Shown: positions 16,067 through 25,354, counted from the first letter of the stretch. The stretch is 64,000 bases of DNA from Clostridia bacterium (GCA_017394805.1 JAFPXC010000020.1:69578-133577); one strand, 5' to 3'. Numbers and translations: made by a program. Notes: generated by a model not told the origin, from the sequence alone.

Positions 16067-19000
16067 CTATTCTACAGTAAGATCGACGGCGACGACGTAT
16101 GTATGAAACTTGGGCAGTTTGTACGGTTTTTTCGTGCAAGCCATGGCGGGCAGGTCGCCGCCCACGCCCCGTTGCGCTCCGTCCACGTTGACGGTGAGGT
16201 AGGGTAGTCTGCCCAACTCGTGCAAGTGCTTGGCTTCGTCCAGCATATCCACCGTGTAGGGGTGCACCCCGAGTTGGAAGTTGTGGCTGACCGCGCTCAG
16301 TTTCACCTTGCGCTTGTCGCCGATCTCGGCCCATCTGACGTCCATACGGTTGCCGTTTTCCTGCGGGCTGAGGTAGTCGTGCGTCATTTCTTCGCCCGAT
16401 TTGCGGTAGACGCCCAAGACGCAGTTGCGCGCGCGATCCGAATAGGCCTCGTGCTCGCCGTTGCCGTAGTAGGTGACGCCGTCTATCCCCTCGGAAAGCC
16501 CGAATTCGAAGCCGTAGCGCACCATATTGGCCATCGGCGTCAAATTCATCGCCAGCCGCACCGTGCCGTCGGGATAGAAGGTGTAATCGATATCGAAACC
16601 CACGATATAACGAGCGTGCATATCGAAGTGTAGCAAGATTCCGTCCTCAGACTCGGTCATGGACGAGGCCACGCATTTGGCGCGTTTGGCCACGTTGCGG
16701 AATTTGCTGAGGCCCAACAGTTTGTTGAGGTCAACGACCGAGTTGGACTCGTATTTGTCGTTGTTGGTGATGGCGCGCCAGAATTGCGGTTTGACGGGCG
16801 TTTGGAGATACTCCAGCCCGCCGCGCCGTATGCTCTCCAGGGCGCCCGTGGCGAGATTGACGCGATAGGTGGTCGCGCCCGCAAATACCGTGAATGCGTC
16901 CCCGTCGCGTTGATAGTTGACCTTGCCTTTGCTGTGGGCGGTATTGCGCACGACGCGATTGAGCAAGAAGTCGTCGTAGGCGACGACGTGCCCCGCCGCC
17001 GCGTAGGGCAGGTCGGCTTTTTGACGGAACTCCACCAAAAGGCTGTACTCGGCGTCGTCCTTTGCGCGTAATTCGCGCGGCAAATCGAAATACGCCGTGG
17101 AGTTGGGCTTACAGTCGGGGAACAACTGCGCGCAGTCGTAACTCTTGCGTAGAGCGTCTACGCCGTCGCGGCGCAGCGTAAGGTCCATCGTATAGCCGTC
17201 GAGGGTGCTAAAAGATTGTTTGTTGTGAACGCAAAGGGTGTGCTTGTCGAGCGTGCATTGAATGCGCTCGTACACCTTGAAAACCTCGTAGAAAGCGGGG
17301 TTGGGCGAGCGGTCGGCACGCAGTATGCCGTTGAAAGCAAACACGCCGTCGTTGGGCTTGTCGCCCCAATCTCCGCCCATCGTCCATTGTGTTACGCCGT
17401 CTACGATGCGTTTGATGGATTGGTCGGCGAAGTCCCATATATAACCGCCTGTAAGGCGCGGGTTTTTCTCGAATACGTCCCAATAGTCGCCGAAGTTGCC
17501 GAGGCTGTTGCCCATACAATGCGCGTACTCGCATTGTATAAAGGGCTTATGCTTGTATTGCGCGGGCGTCAAAAGGTTGCCCATACCCAAATTCCACAAG
17601 GCTCTGCTGTGGATATACGGCTTGTTGTCGGCTATCTTCTGCATGGATGTCTGTTTGGCGTACATCGAGCTGACCATATCGCTGACTTGATGATATGGCT
17701 CGTAGTGGATGAGGCGGGTGCCGTCCAATTCCAAGGCGACGCGTTTGAGGGCGGGGAAGACCTTTCCTTTGCCCGATTCGTTGCCCAAAGACCAGAAGAG
17801 AATGCACGGATGGTTGCGGAAAGCGCGTACCATATTGCGCATACGATACTCGGTGTGGCGTAGCCACAGGGGATTGCCACGCGGTATGAGATGGGCCAAT
17901 CCGTGCGTTTCGAGATTGTTCTCACACATGACCAAGATGCCCAATTCGTCGCACATTTCGTAGAAAAAGGCGGGGTTGGGGTAGTGGCAGGTGCGGATAG
18001 AGGTCACGTTGTTGGCGCGTAATAGGCACAAATCCCGATAGGTCAACTCTCGCGGTACGGCGTGGCCGTATTCGGGATGAAAATCGTGACGGTTGACGCC
18101 GCATATTTTGACGAGCCGACCGTTGAGGGCAATATAGGGTTGTCCCGACGGATCGTCCTCGCGCACGTCTACTTTGCGGAAGCCGTAGCGGAAGAGCCGC
18201 TTGTCCGTGACGACGCCGTTCTTTTCCAATCGTAATTCGAGGTTGTAGAGGTGCGGCGTTTCGTGGCTCCACAGCAAGAAGTCGCGCAGTTGCTTGGTCT
18301 GGAATTGCATGGTAGCCTTGGCTTCGAGTTTCATTTTGACCTTCAAAGCGGGGATCTCCAGGTGGCAAACGGTGCCTTCGGGATGGTCGACCGACACGTC
18401 GGCGATGATGGTCGCTTGGGACAATCCGTCCGTGAATTCCGTATGGAAGTACGCGTCCGTAAAATGGCTATCCGACACATATTGCAGGGTGACGTCGCGG
18501 AAAATGCCCGCCAAACGCCACATATCTTGATCCTCGAGATAGGAGCCGGTGCAGAACTGCACCACCAAAACGGACAGGCGGTTTTCGCCCGTCGTCACGA
18601 AATCGGTCACGTCGTACGCCGCGTAGTCGAAGGTATCCTCGGAGTAGCCGACGAAACGTCCGTTGACGTAAACGACCCCGCAACTGTTGATGCCGTCGAA
18701 GCGCAAGATCACCTTTTCTCTGTCCGCCTTGACTTCGAACGTGCGCGTATAGAAGCCGCACGGATTGATGGCGTCGTCGATATAAGGCAGTTTGCCCGCC
18801 CGCATACTGATGGGGTAGGGGTACCGGACGTTGGTGTAGATGGGGGTGCCGTAGCCTTTGATTTGCCATTCGGAAGGGACGGAAATGACGTCCAAGCCGT
18901 CGCAGTCCACGTCCGCGGCGAACAACTTTTCGTCGAAATCGTTGACCGAGTCGTAAAAGCGAAAATACCACTCTCCGTTGAGATCGAGTACGGCGGGATG

Positions 19001-19087
19001 GCCGCCTTCGTCCAAGGGGGCGGTCAACGCGTTGCGCTCGAGCGTGTTGACGCTGAATATATCTTTGTTTTGCCAATATTTTTCCAT
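16067..19087 (-). CDS. lacZ: Beta-galactosidase, glycoside hydrolase family 2
   Basis: About 1006 aa with GH2 motifs NRHDFHPEYGHA, WSLGNESG and CEYAHCMGNS. I prefer the ATG at 19087 (AAGTGAG 7 nt upstream). The ORF track starts at the GTG at 19099, which lacks an SD. Confidence 0.9.
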   Translation of the reverse strand: MEKYWQNKDIFSVNTLERNALTAPLDEGGHPAVLDLNGEWYFRFYDSVNDFDEKLFAADVDCDGLDVISVPSEWQIKGYGTPIYTNVRYPYPISMRAGKLPYIDDAINPCGFYTRTFEVKADREKVILRFDGINSCGVVYVNGRFVGYSEDTFDYAAYDVTDFVTTGENRLSVLVVQFCTGSYLEDQDMWRLAGIFRDVTLQYVSDSHFTDAYFHTEFTDGLSQATIIADVSVDHPEGTVCHLEIPALKVKMKLEAKATMQFQTKQLRDFLLWSHETPHLYNLELRLEKNGVVTDKRLFRYGFRKVDVREDDPSGQPYIALNGRLVKICGVNRHDFHPEYGHAVPRELTYRDLCLLRANNVTSIRTCHYPNPAFFYEMCDELGILVMCENNLETHGLAHLIPRGNPLWLRHTEYRMRNMVRAFRNHPCILFWSLGNESGKGKVFPALKRVALELDGTRLIHYEPYHQVSDMVSSMYAKQTSMQKIADNKPYIHSRALWNLGMGNLLTPAQYKHKPFIQCEYAHCMGNSLGNFGDYWDVFEKNPRLTGGYIWDFADQSIKRIVDGVTQWTMGGDWGDKPNDGVFAFNGILRADRSPNPAFYEVFKVYERIQCTLDKHTLCVHNKQSFSTLDGYTMDLTLRRDGVDALRKSYDCAQLFPDCKPNSTAYFDLPRELRAKDDAEYSLLVEFRQKADLPYAAAGHVVAYDDFLLNRVVRNTAHSKGKVNYQRDGDAFTVFAGATTYRVNLATGALESIRRGGLEYLQTPVKPQFWRAITNNDKYESNSVVDLNKLLGLSKFRNVAKRAKCVASSMTESEDGILLHFDMHARYIVGFDIDYTFYPDGTVRLAMNLTPMANMVRYGFEFGLSEGIDGVTYYGNGEHEAYSDRARNCVLGVYRKSGEEMTHDYLSPQENGNRMDVRWAEIGDKRKVKLSAVSHNFQLGVHPYTVDMLDEAKHLHELGRLPYLTVNVDGAQRGVGGDLPAMACTKKPYKLPKFHTYVVAVDLTVE

Positions 19088-19187
19088 GTGTGCGCTCACT
19101 TTTCGGTATGATGGTTATATTATATAATATAAAATCGAATATTTCAAGCCCTAAAGCGGTTAATTTAATCGAAGCGCAAACAATCTA

Positions 19188-19222
19188 TTTACTTTTTGCG
19201 GTTGGTGTCGTATAATAAAAGC
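19188..19222 (+). promoter_or_regulatory. Putative promoter giving leaderless dnaX mRNA
   Basis: TTTACT - 17 nt - TATAAT (19211-19216) - 6 nt - ATG (19223). No SD. Confidence 0.5.
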
Positions 19223-20884
19223 ATGGCATACACGTCTTTATATCGCAAATACAGACCGTCCACCTTTGACGAGGTGATCGGACAGGATACGGTCGTGCGC
19301 ATTTTGCGCAATATGGTGAGCGCGGGCTCTATCGCGCACGCCTATTTGTTTACGGGTACACGCGGTACGGGCAAGACTTCCGTCGCGCGTATTTTCGCCA
19401 AGGCCGTGAATTGCCTTAGCCCCGTCGACGGCTCGCCGTGCGGACAATGTGCCGCGTGCAAGAGCATCGAGTCGGGCACGATGGATTTCATTGAGTTGGA
19501 CGCCGCCAGCAACAACGGCGTGGACGATATCCGCGCCCTTAGGGAGAGCGTCAAATATCCGCCGTCGGACGAGCGTTTGCGCTACAAGGTCTATATCATC
19601 GACGAAGTGCATCAGTTGTCGCCACAGGCGTTCAACGCCTTTCTCAAGACCTTGGAAGAGCCGCCCGCCTATTGCATTTTCATCTTGGCTACGACCGAAG
19701 TGCAAAAGTTGCCGCAGACCATTTTGTCCCGCTGTTTGCGCTTCGATTTTCGCACCGTTTCGCAAGAGGACTTGGCCGCGCATATCGAACGCATATTCGA
19801 CAAAGAGGGCGTAAAGTACGAAAAAGAGGCGGTTTGGTGCATTGCGCAAGCGGGGGCGGGCAGCGTACGCGATACCATGTCGGTGGCCGATACCTGTATG
19901 TCCGCTTCGGACGGCTTCGTCACCTACCAAAAGGTGTTGGGCGTGCTGGGCGCCAGCGATCCCACGTTGATCGCCGACGTGGCGGAGTGCATTCTCAAAG
20001 GGGATTTGGCACGGTCGCTTTCGCTGGTGGAACGCAACGTTTCGATGGGCAAAAACGTCAACGTGCTTACCAAGGATATCACCAAATACATTCGCGATTT
20101 GCTCATCGTCAAAGCGGACCCCAAGGCCAACGATTATCTCAAAATGCCCGAGGACAGCTATCGCCGAGCGAAAGGGATAGCCGACGACCTGGACGCCGTG
20201 ACTTTGGTGCGTGCCTTGGATATTTTTTCGGGACTGGACGGCAATATGCGTATCGCGGCGTCGCCGCGCACGGTGTTGGAGAACGCCATCGCGCGTACCG
20301 CGACTATCAGCGGCGTCAACCTGACCGATTTGTCCGCCCGCGTGAGCGGCGTGGAACGCAAAATCGACGAGGTCGACAAGAAGATCGAGGAGGGCGTCAA
20401 AGTGGTCGCCGTGGCCGCCTCTGCGCCCGTGACGGAGAGTAAAACCGTCGAAACCAACGAGAACACCGCCGCTGTCGCGACGGACAATCTGACGGCGGTC
20501 GACAATCCCTTCGACGAAGATGCAGGTGCGGCCGCGCCCATTAGCACGACGCCGGACGACTATATGTCCGTCAAAGCTGTGTCGCTCAAATATCGCGGCA
20601 ATCTTATCACCTTGCTACGCGAGAAAAAGATGCTTATGATGGGCACGATTATCGACAACGCCTTCATCACAGTGAAGGATAACGTCGTGACTTTTAGCGT
20701 CGGGGACGAAAACGACGTGGACTATCTCGAAAAGAAACGCGAACTGTTGGAAAAGTTGACCGCGGAAATAATGAAAGGAAACTACAAATTAGCTTTCAAG
20801 TTCTCGCCGCCCAAGAAAAAGGACGAAGACTTCGTTTCGGCTTTGGCACAGATCGTCGGCGAGGACAAAATAACCAAAAAATAG
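19223..20884 (+). CDS. dnaX: DNA polymerase III subunits gamma/tau
   Basis: MAYTSLYRKYRPSTFDEVIGQD, Walker A GTRGTGKTS, and a CxxC zinc module. Conserved dnaX-ybaB-recR order. Confidence 0.92.
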   Translation: MAYTSLYRKYRPSTFDEVIGQDTVVRILRNMVSAGSIAHAYLFTGTRGTGKTSVARIFAKAVNCLSPVDGSPCGQCAACKSIESGTMDFIELDAASNNGVDDIRALRESVKYPPSDERLRYKVYIIDEVHQLSPQAFNAFLKTLEEPPAYCIFILATTEVQKLPQTILSRCLRFDFRTVSQEDLAAHIERIFDKEGVKYEKEAVWCIAQAGAGSVRDTMSVADTCMSASDGFVTYQKVLGVLGASDPTLIADVAECILKGDLARSLSLVERNVSMGKNVNVLTKDITKYIRDLLIVKADPKANDYLKMPEDSYRRAKGIADDLDAVTLVRALDIFSGLDGNMRIAASPRTVLENAIARTATISGVNLTDLSARVSGVERKIDEVDKKIEEGVKVVAVAASAPVTESKTVETNENTAAVATDNLTAVDNPFDEDAGAAAPISTTPDDYMSVKAVSLKYRGNLITLLREKKMLMMGTIIDNAFITVKDNVVTFSVGDENDVDYLEKKRELLEKLTAEIMKGNYKLAFKFSPPKKKDEDFVSALAQIVGEDKITKK

Positions 20885-20893
20885 GAGGTAATT

Positions 20894-21232
20894 ATGGGTA
20901 GAGGAGGATACGGCGGCTTTGGCGGCGGCAATATGCAAAACATGATTCGCCAAGCGCAGAAGATTCAGGAAGAAATGCAACAGGCGCAGGAGAATTTGCG
21001 CAATACCGAGTTCGAAGGCAACGGCGGCGGCGAGTTGGTCAAAGTGGTCATGACGGGGGATAAAGACGTCGTGTCCGTTTCCATCAAGCCCGAAGCGGTG
21101 GATTCCGACGATATCGAAATGCTCGAAGATTTGATCACGGCCGCTTTGCAGGACGCCACCGAAAAAGTGGACGCCGAGACGCAACGCGTGATGGGTCCCT
21201 ATACTTCCATGTTGGGCGGCGGTATGTTTTGA
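20894..21232 (+). CDS. ybaB: Nucleoid-associated protein YbaB/EbfC
   Basis: 112 aa. NMQNMIRQAQKIQEEMQQAQE ... GGELVKVVMTGDKDV is typical of YbaB. SD GGAGG. Confidence 0.9.
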   Translation: MGRGGYGGFGGGNMQNMIRQAQKIQEEMQQAQENLRNTEFEGNGGGELVKVVMTGDKDVVSVSIKPEAVDSDDIEMLEDLITAALQDATEKVDAETQRVMGPYTSMLGGGMF

Positions 21233-21816
21233 TGAATCAATCCGAAACGATTGACGCGTTGGTCGCGCAGTTTACCAAGTTGCCGGGCGTGGGCAAAAAG
21301 AGCGCCATACGCTATGCGTATGCCGTTATCGATATGCCCGAAGCGGACGTCGAGCGATTTGCCGACGCGATGGTGGCCGTCAAAAAAACCGTGCATTTTT
21401 GCAAGATTTGCGGCAACTATACGGACGGCGAAACCTGTGAAATTTGCGCCAACAGGCAGAGCAAAGTCATTTGCGTGGTCGCCGAGCCGAAGGATATCGT
21501 TGCGTTCGAAAAACTCAACGAGTTTCACGGGCTCTACCACGTCCTGCACGGGCTGTTGCAACCCATGAAAGGCGTGGGGGCGGACGACCTCAATATATCT
21601 TCGCTGTTGACTCGTTTGGACGGGGTGGAAGAGGTGATTGTCGCCACCAATCCCAGCGTGGAAGGCAACGCCACGGCGCTCTATCTCAGCCGCCTTATCA
21701 AGCCGCTCGGCGTAAAAGTGACGCGCATTGCCATGGGGATTCCGGCGGGTAGCGAGATCGAATATATCGACGAAACCACGCTGTCGCACGCGCTGTGGAA
21801 TAGAAAGGAAATATAA
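21229..21816 (+). CDS. recR: Recombination protein RecR
   Basis: 195 aa. HhH (LPGVGKKSA), C4 zinc finger (CKICGNYTDGETCEIC) and Toprim region. ATGA overlap with ybaB. Confidence 0.93.
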   Translation: MMNQSETIDALVAQFTKLPGVGKKSAIRYAYAVIDMPEADVERFADAMVAVKKTVHFCKICGNYTDGETCEICANRQSKVICVVAEPKDIVAFEKLNEFHGLYHVLHGLLQPMKGVGADDLNISSLLTRLDGVEEVIVATNPSVEGNATALYLSRLIKPLGVKVTRIAMGIPAGSEIEYIDETTLSHALWNRKEI

Positions 21817-21840
21817 ATATCGATTGAGAATATAAAAGAA

Positions 21841-21866
21841 ACGGGCGCCTATCGGCGTCCGTTTTC
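21841..21866. terminator. Intrinsic terminator between convergent recR and the acidic-protein gene
   Basis: Stem ACGGGCGCC (21841-21849) / GGCGTCCGT (21854-21862) with a 4-nt loop, followed by TTTT. Confidence 0.7.
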
Positions 21867-21868
21867 GC

Positions 21869-24853
21869 TTAGATGACATAGAACTTTCTCGTTCGATAGA
21901 GTAGGGCGTACACGATTACCCATACTGGCAGCAACAGTAGCATGGCCGCGGGGTAGAACACGGGGGCGATAAGGGTGTTGATCTCGCTGATATTGGCGCC
22001 CGATTTCGGATTGAAGAAGGCGATCAGTAAGAAGATCATCATCAATATCAACGCCACCATGAACGAGGTTGCGAACGATAGTTTGAAGGAGAAGGTCGCC
22101 GGCGCGTGTCGGTCTTTGTACGCCAGATAGCGTACGCCGCAGTAGCAGGGGATAAGGAACAGCACGATGCCCGTGCATAGGTAGGGCATAAAGCCGAGCC
22201 CCGCGTATTTGTCACACACGAAGTAGCCGATGAGAATGAGCGCGACCGCCACCAGATAGACTAAGCACGAGGTGGCAAAGCGAATGCTGTTGACGTTGAT
22301 ATATTTCTGCGAATAGTACTGCACGGTATGCTGGACGACGTATTGGCGCACATCGTAGCCTTTTTTGCGCATCTCTTCGCGGAATTCGGACAGACTGCCG
22401 CATTCCTTCATCGTGATTTTGCTGTCCACGTCTTCTTGCTGTTTGGGCGCGTTGGACGAATTGAACAAGTTGTGCAAAATCGTCTTGTACGACAGGTGTT
22501 TTTCCGTTTCTTCCTGTTGCAGGTAGATTTCCAATTCGGTTTGGGGCGTGAAGATGGCGGAGTAGGACTCTCTCTTTGGCGAGATTTCTTCCTCTTTGAC
22601 CTCGGGCACTTCCTCTTCTGGCTCTTGCGGCTCCTCGGTTTTATCGTCCTCGATCAAGCCCAAAAGGCGCATAGAAGCAAGCCTTTTCTCGTGCATTTCG
22701 GGGTTTTCTTCCAATTCTTGCCGAATGTCGGCACGACTGAACGCCGTCCTGCGTTTGATTGGTTCAGGCTCGGCTTGGGCGGCCTCTTGCGATTGCTCGT
22801 ACAAGGCAAAGGTGTCGGCTTCTTCCTCTTCGGCAATGACGCGTTCCTCGTTTTTGCGGCCTTTACGCCCTTTCTGCCGCGCCTTTTTGTCTTCTTTGAC
22901 GGGCGCAACGGGCTCGTTCGATTCTTCCTCGGGCAAGGAACTATTCGCCTCTACGACGGCTTCGTCATAGGTGGATTCGGGCTGTGCTTCCGCTTGTTCC
23001 GAGGGGAGAGTAGCCTCGACGTCGGACGGAGTTTCGTCGGTTTGCGCTTCTTCTTGCGTTTCGCTATCGGCGTCGTCGGCACGAGATTCTTGTTCGGCGG
23101 GTTCTTCCGTTCGTTCGCTTGCGACCACAGGCTCTTTATAGGTTCGTTCTGCTTCGGGCACTACGGGATATTCCTCGTCGGTCGTCTCTTGTGCGGGTTC
23201 TTCCGTTGTGTCTTGGGATGGCTCGCCGAAGAGGACGTATTCGTCCATCACGGTCGAAGTCGGTTCGTAGGCGGATTCGGTCTCGACCGCGGTGGGCGTT
23301 TCGTCGTCCTCGACAACTGCTTCGAGCTCGTCGGTTTCGTTATATTCTTCGGTTATGTCTTCTTCTGCCGCTTCGTCTCGTTCGTCGACGGGTTGCTCGG
23401 CGCTTTCGGTTTCGATCGATTCGTCTTCAACGTCGGCGTTTTCGTCAACTATTTCCGCGCATATCTCGTCTTCGTCCGTATCGTCGGTATTTTCGACGAC
23501 AAAGGGCGGTTCATCGCCGTCTTCTTCGTGTTCTTCGCTATTCTCTGCGGCGATAACTTGTTCGTCTTCCGATTCTTCTTCGACTGCTTCCGTTTGGTCG
23601 CTTTCGACAGCATACGCGGCCTCGTCCGCCGTATCGTCGAATTGCTCGTCGAGCACTTCCTCGGCAACTTCGGCAGGTTCTTCCTCGTCGTTATCGTCCG
23701 ATTCTCGTTCGTCTTCGCAGACGGTTTCAGCTTGTTTGAACGGCTCGTAAGAGTAGGGCGGCTCGTATTCGCTTGCCGCTTCATCGTCTGCGCTTTCGTC
23801 TTCGTCCGTCACCTGCGCCTCTTCCGCCGTATCGTCTTCGGCGGCGTAAAGCGCTTCGTGCGCAGGCTCGTATTCTTCGTCCGATATTGCTTCCTCGTCC
23901 GTTTCTTCTTGCACGACCTCTTCTTGCTCGTCGTCGGAGGGTAGGGCGGGTTGTTCTTCGTCTTGGGCGGCTTCTTTTATTTCAGTCTCGTCTTCGTTTA
24001 TATCGTCGGCAGCTTCTTCGAAGGGCTCTTCCTTGATTTCTTCCTCGTCCGACTCGGCGAAAACTTCCTCGACTTGTTCGGCTTCTGCGGGGAGTTCGTC
24101 GGAAATTTCTTCGCATTCGACGTTGGAATCTTCCTCAGACTCGGACGAATCGTCTTCGTCAACGTCCTCGGCAGCGTCTTTCGCCGCTATTGAATCTTCT
24201 TCCGTTTCGGCGGGCTCTTCGACTTCTACGGGGCATTCTTCTTCGATTTGCGCGGAATCATCCTCGTTTTCTTGGTCATCAGCTGCGTTTTCGGTCGAAT
24301 ATTGCGCATCGGTATCCGTTTCCTGTTCGGTTAGAGATTCGTCAATGGCGATATCCGTTTCACTTTCGACTTCACTTTCGTCGGTATCGGCGGCGTCCGC
24401 TTCCGCTGCAAGTTCGGTGAACTCCTCGGCATCTTCGATTTCGAAAATCTCGAGGTTGTCTTCAAAAATGTGCAGGGTAGGCTTGCCGTCACCGAAATCA
24501 TCGGTGAGATATATCTTCTCGTTCGAAGCGCTCACCGGAGAGAGCGCCAGCGCGTCGCACAATTTGTCGATCATTTGGTCGTCCAGATTGAACATAGGCA
24601 GGTCATCGACCGAAATGCGCAGGGCAAAAAACGAGCGGTTGGGATCGGATTCTTGACAAATGCAGGCAATCAGGCAATCCAACTGCAATTCGTTGACTCT
24701 ATTGGCGACGCTCAAAGGGGAAATATGATAACGGTCCAAAAAACCGTCCAAAGACGACGTAATCTCGTAAACTGTCAACGAGGAATGCGCCAATGCGTTG
24801 AGTATGTAGGAATCCATTTGTTCCAGCAATTCATCGTATATATTATTTCCCAT
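21869..24853 (-). CDS. Hyper-acidic membrane-anchored protein: winged-helix-like N-terminal domain, ~540-aa D/E-rich disordered tract, 4-TM C-terminus
   Basis: 994-aa ORF. The N-terminal ~130 aa are globular (ILNALAHSSLTVYEITSSL... resembles a wHTH). Residues ~140-680 are roughly 40-50 percent D+E by eye, with almost no K/R. A short basic patch follows (KKARQKGRKGRKNEER). The C-terminal ~150 aa contain four long hydrophobic helices. No family recognised. Confidence 0.75.
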   Translation of the reverse strand: MGNNIYDELLEQMDSYILNALAHSSLTVYEITSSLDGFLDRYHISPLSVANRVNELQLDCLIACICQESDPNRSFFALRISVDDLPMFNLDDQMIDKLCDALALSPVSASNEKIYLTDDFGDGKPTLHIFEDNLEIFEIEDAEEFTELAAEADAADTDESEVESETDIAIDESLTEQETDTDAQYSTENAADDQENEDDSAQIEEECPVEVEEPAETEEDSIAAKDAAEDVDEDDSSESEEDSNVECEEISDELPAEAEQVEEVFAESDEEEIKEEPFEEAADDINEDETEIKEAAQDEEQPALPSDDEQEEVVQEETDEEAISDEEYEPAHEALYAAEDDTAEEAQVTDEDESADDEAASEYEPPYSYEPFKQAETVCEDERESDDNDEEEPAEVAEEVLDEQFDDTADEAAYAVESDQTEAVEEESEDEQVIAAENSEEHEEDGDEPPFVVENTDDTDEDEICAEIVDENADVEDESIETESAEQPVDERDEAAEEDITEEYNETDELEAVVEDDETPTAVETESAYEPTSTVMDEYVLFGEPSQDTTEEPAQETTDEEYPVVPEAERTYKEPVVASERTEEPAEQESRADDADSETQEEAQTDETPSDVEATLPSEQAEAQPESTYDEAVVEANSSLPEEESNEPVAPVKEDKKARQKGRKGRKNEERVIAEEEEADTFALYEQSQEAAQAEPEPIKRRTAFSRADIRQELEENPEMHEKRLASMRLLGLIEDDKTEEPQEPEEEVPEVKEEEISPKRESYSAIFTPQTELEIYLQQEETEKHLSYKTILHNLFNSSNAPKQQEDVDSKITMKECGSLSEFREEMRKKGYDVRQYVVQHTVQYYSQKYINVNSIRFATSCLVYLVAVALILIGYFVCDKYAGLGFMPYLCTGIVLFLIPCYCGVRYLAYKDRHAPATFSFKLSFATSFMVALILMMIFLLIAFFNPKSGANISEINTLIAPVFYPAAMLLLLPVWVIVYALLYRTRKFYVI

Positions 24854-24890
24854 ATAATAGTATTTTAGTACAAACGACCATAAAAGTCAA
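24854..24890 (-). promoter_or_regulatory. Putative promoter of the acidic-protein gene (leaderless or near-leaderless)
   Basis: Minus strand TTGACT - 17 nt - TAAAAT - 8 nt - ATG (24853). No SD. Confidence 0.45.
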
Positions 24891-24946
24891 TAAGAACGCA
24901 AATATTATAGGTGAGCGACCGCTAAAATGAAACGGCGGCGAAGCAC

Positions 24947-25354
24947 AATACATTATGTACGGTATGAAACGTATAGTATAATCGGCATACAAAACGTATA
25001 GTTTTATAACCATACAAAATGTATAGCAATACATACAAAATGTACAATAGCGGCAGTAATGGCGTATATGTACATTTTGTATAGTATACTGTACATTATG
25101 TATAGTTGCAAATAAAACATCAGCCATGGAAGACGGGGAGTTGGTGCGCGTGTACGTTTTGTATAGTGCGCTATACGTTATGTATAGATACACAAGTTGC
25201 TCGGTAATGACTATATGTTTTGTATATCTACGACAAATATTCATGTACAAGGATACTGTCGATCGGCTTGCCGTGTTCGCTCCGGATTGTCTGTATGTCT
25301 TCGATGAATGCCTTGTTTTTGTTTGGCGGCTATTTATTCTGTACAAAACGTACG
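24947..25354. repeat. Palindrome array, block A: at least 11 copies of CTRTAC-N5-GTAYAG
   Basis: Left half-site starts at 24947, 24986, 25011, 25032, 25069, 25090, 25151, 25172, 25212 and 25340, plus a right-half-only site at 24971. Examples: CATACAAAACGTATAG (24986-25001) and CTATACGTTATGTATAG (25171-25187). The spacer is always A/T-rich. Confidence 0.9.

Noticed and set aside
19100-19222. SRP RNA (ffs) upstream of dnaX, and a cre (CcpA) site upstream of lacZ
   Set aside because: No sequence resembling the conserved SRP domain IV is present in this 120-bp AT-rich spacer. The best cre-like string (CTAAAGCGGTTAAT, about 19,150-19,163) matches only about 8 of 14 consensus positions and lacks the TG...CA ends.
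22328-23944. 538-aa plus-strand ORF antisense to the acidic-protein gene
   Set aside because: F/L/R/G/V-rich nonsense typical of the reverse complement of GAA/GAC/GAG-rich coding sequence. No SD. The minus-strand frame has a promoter, a coherent domain layout and a terminator.
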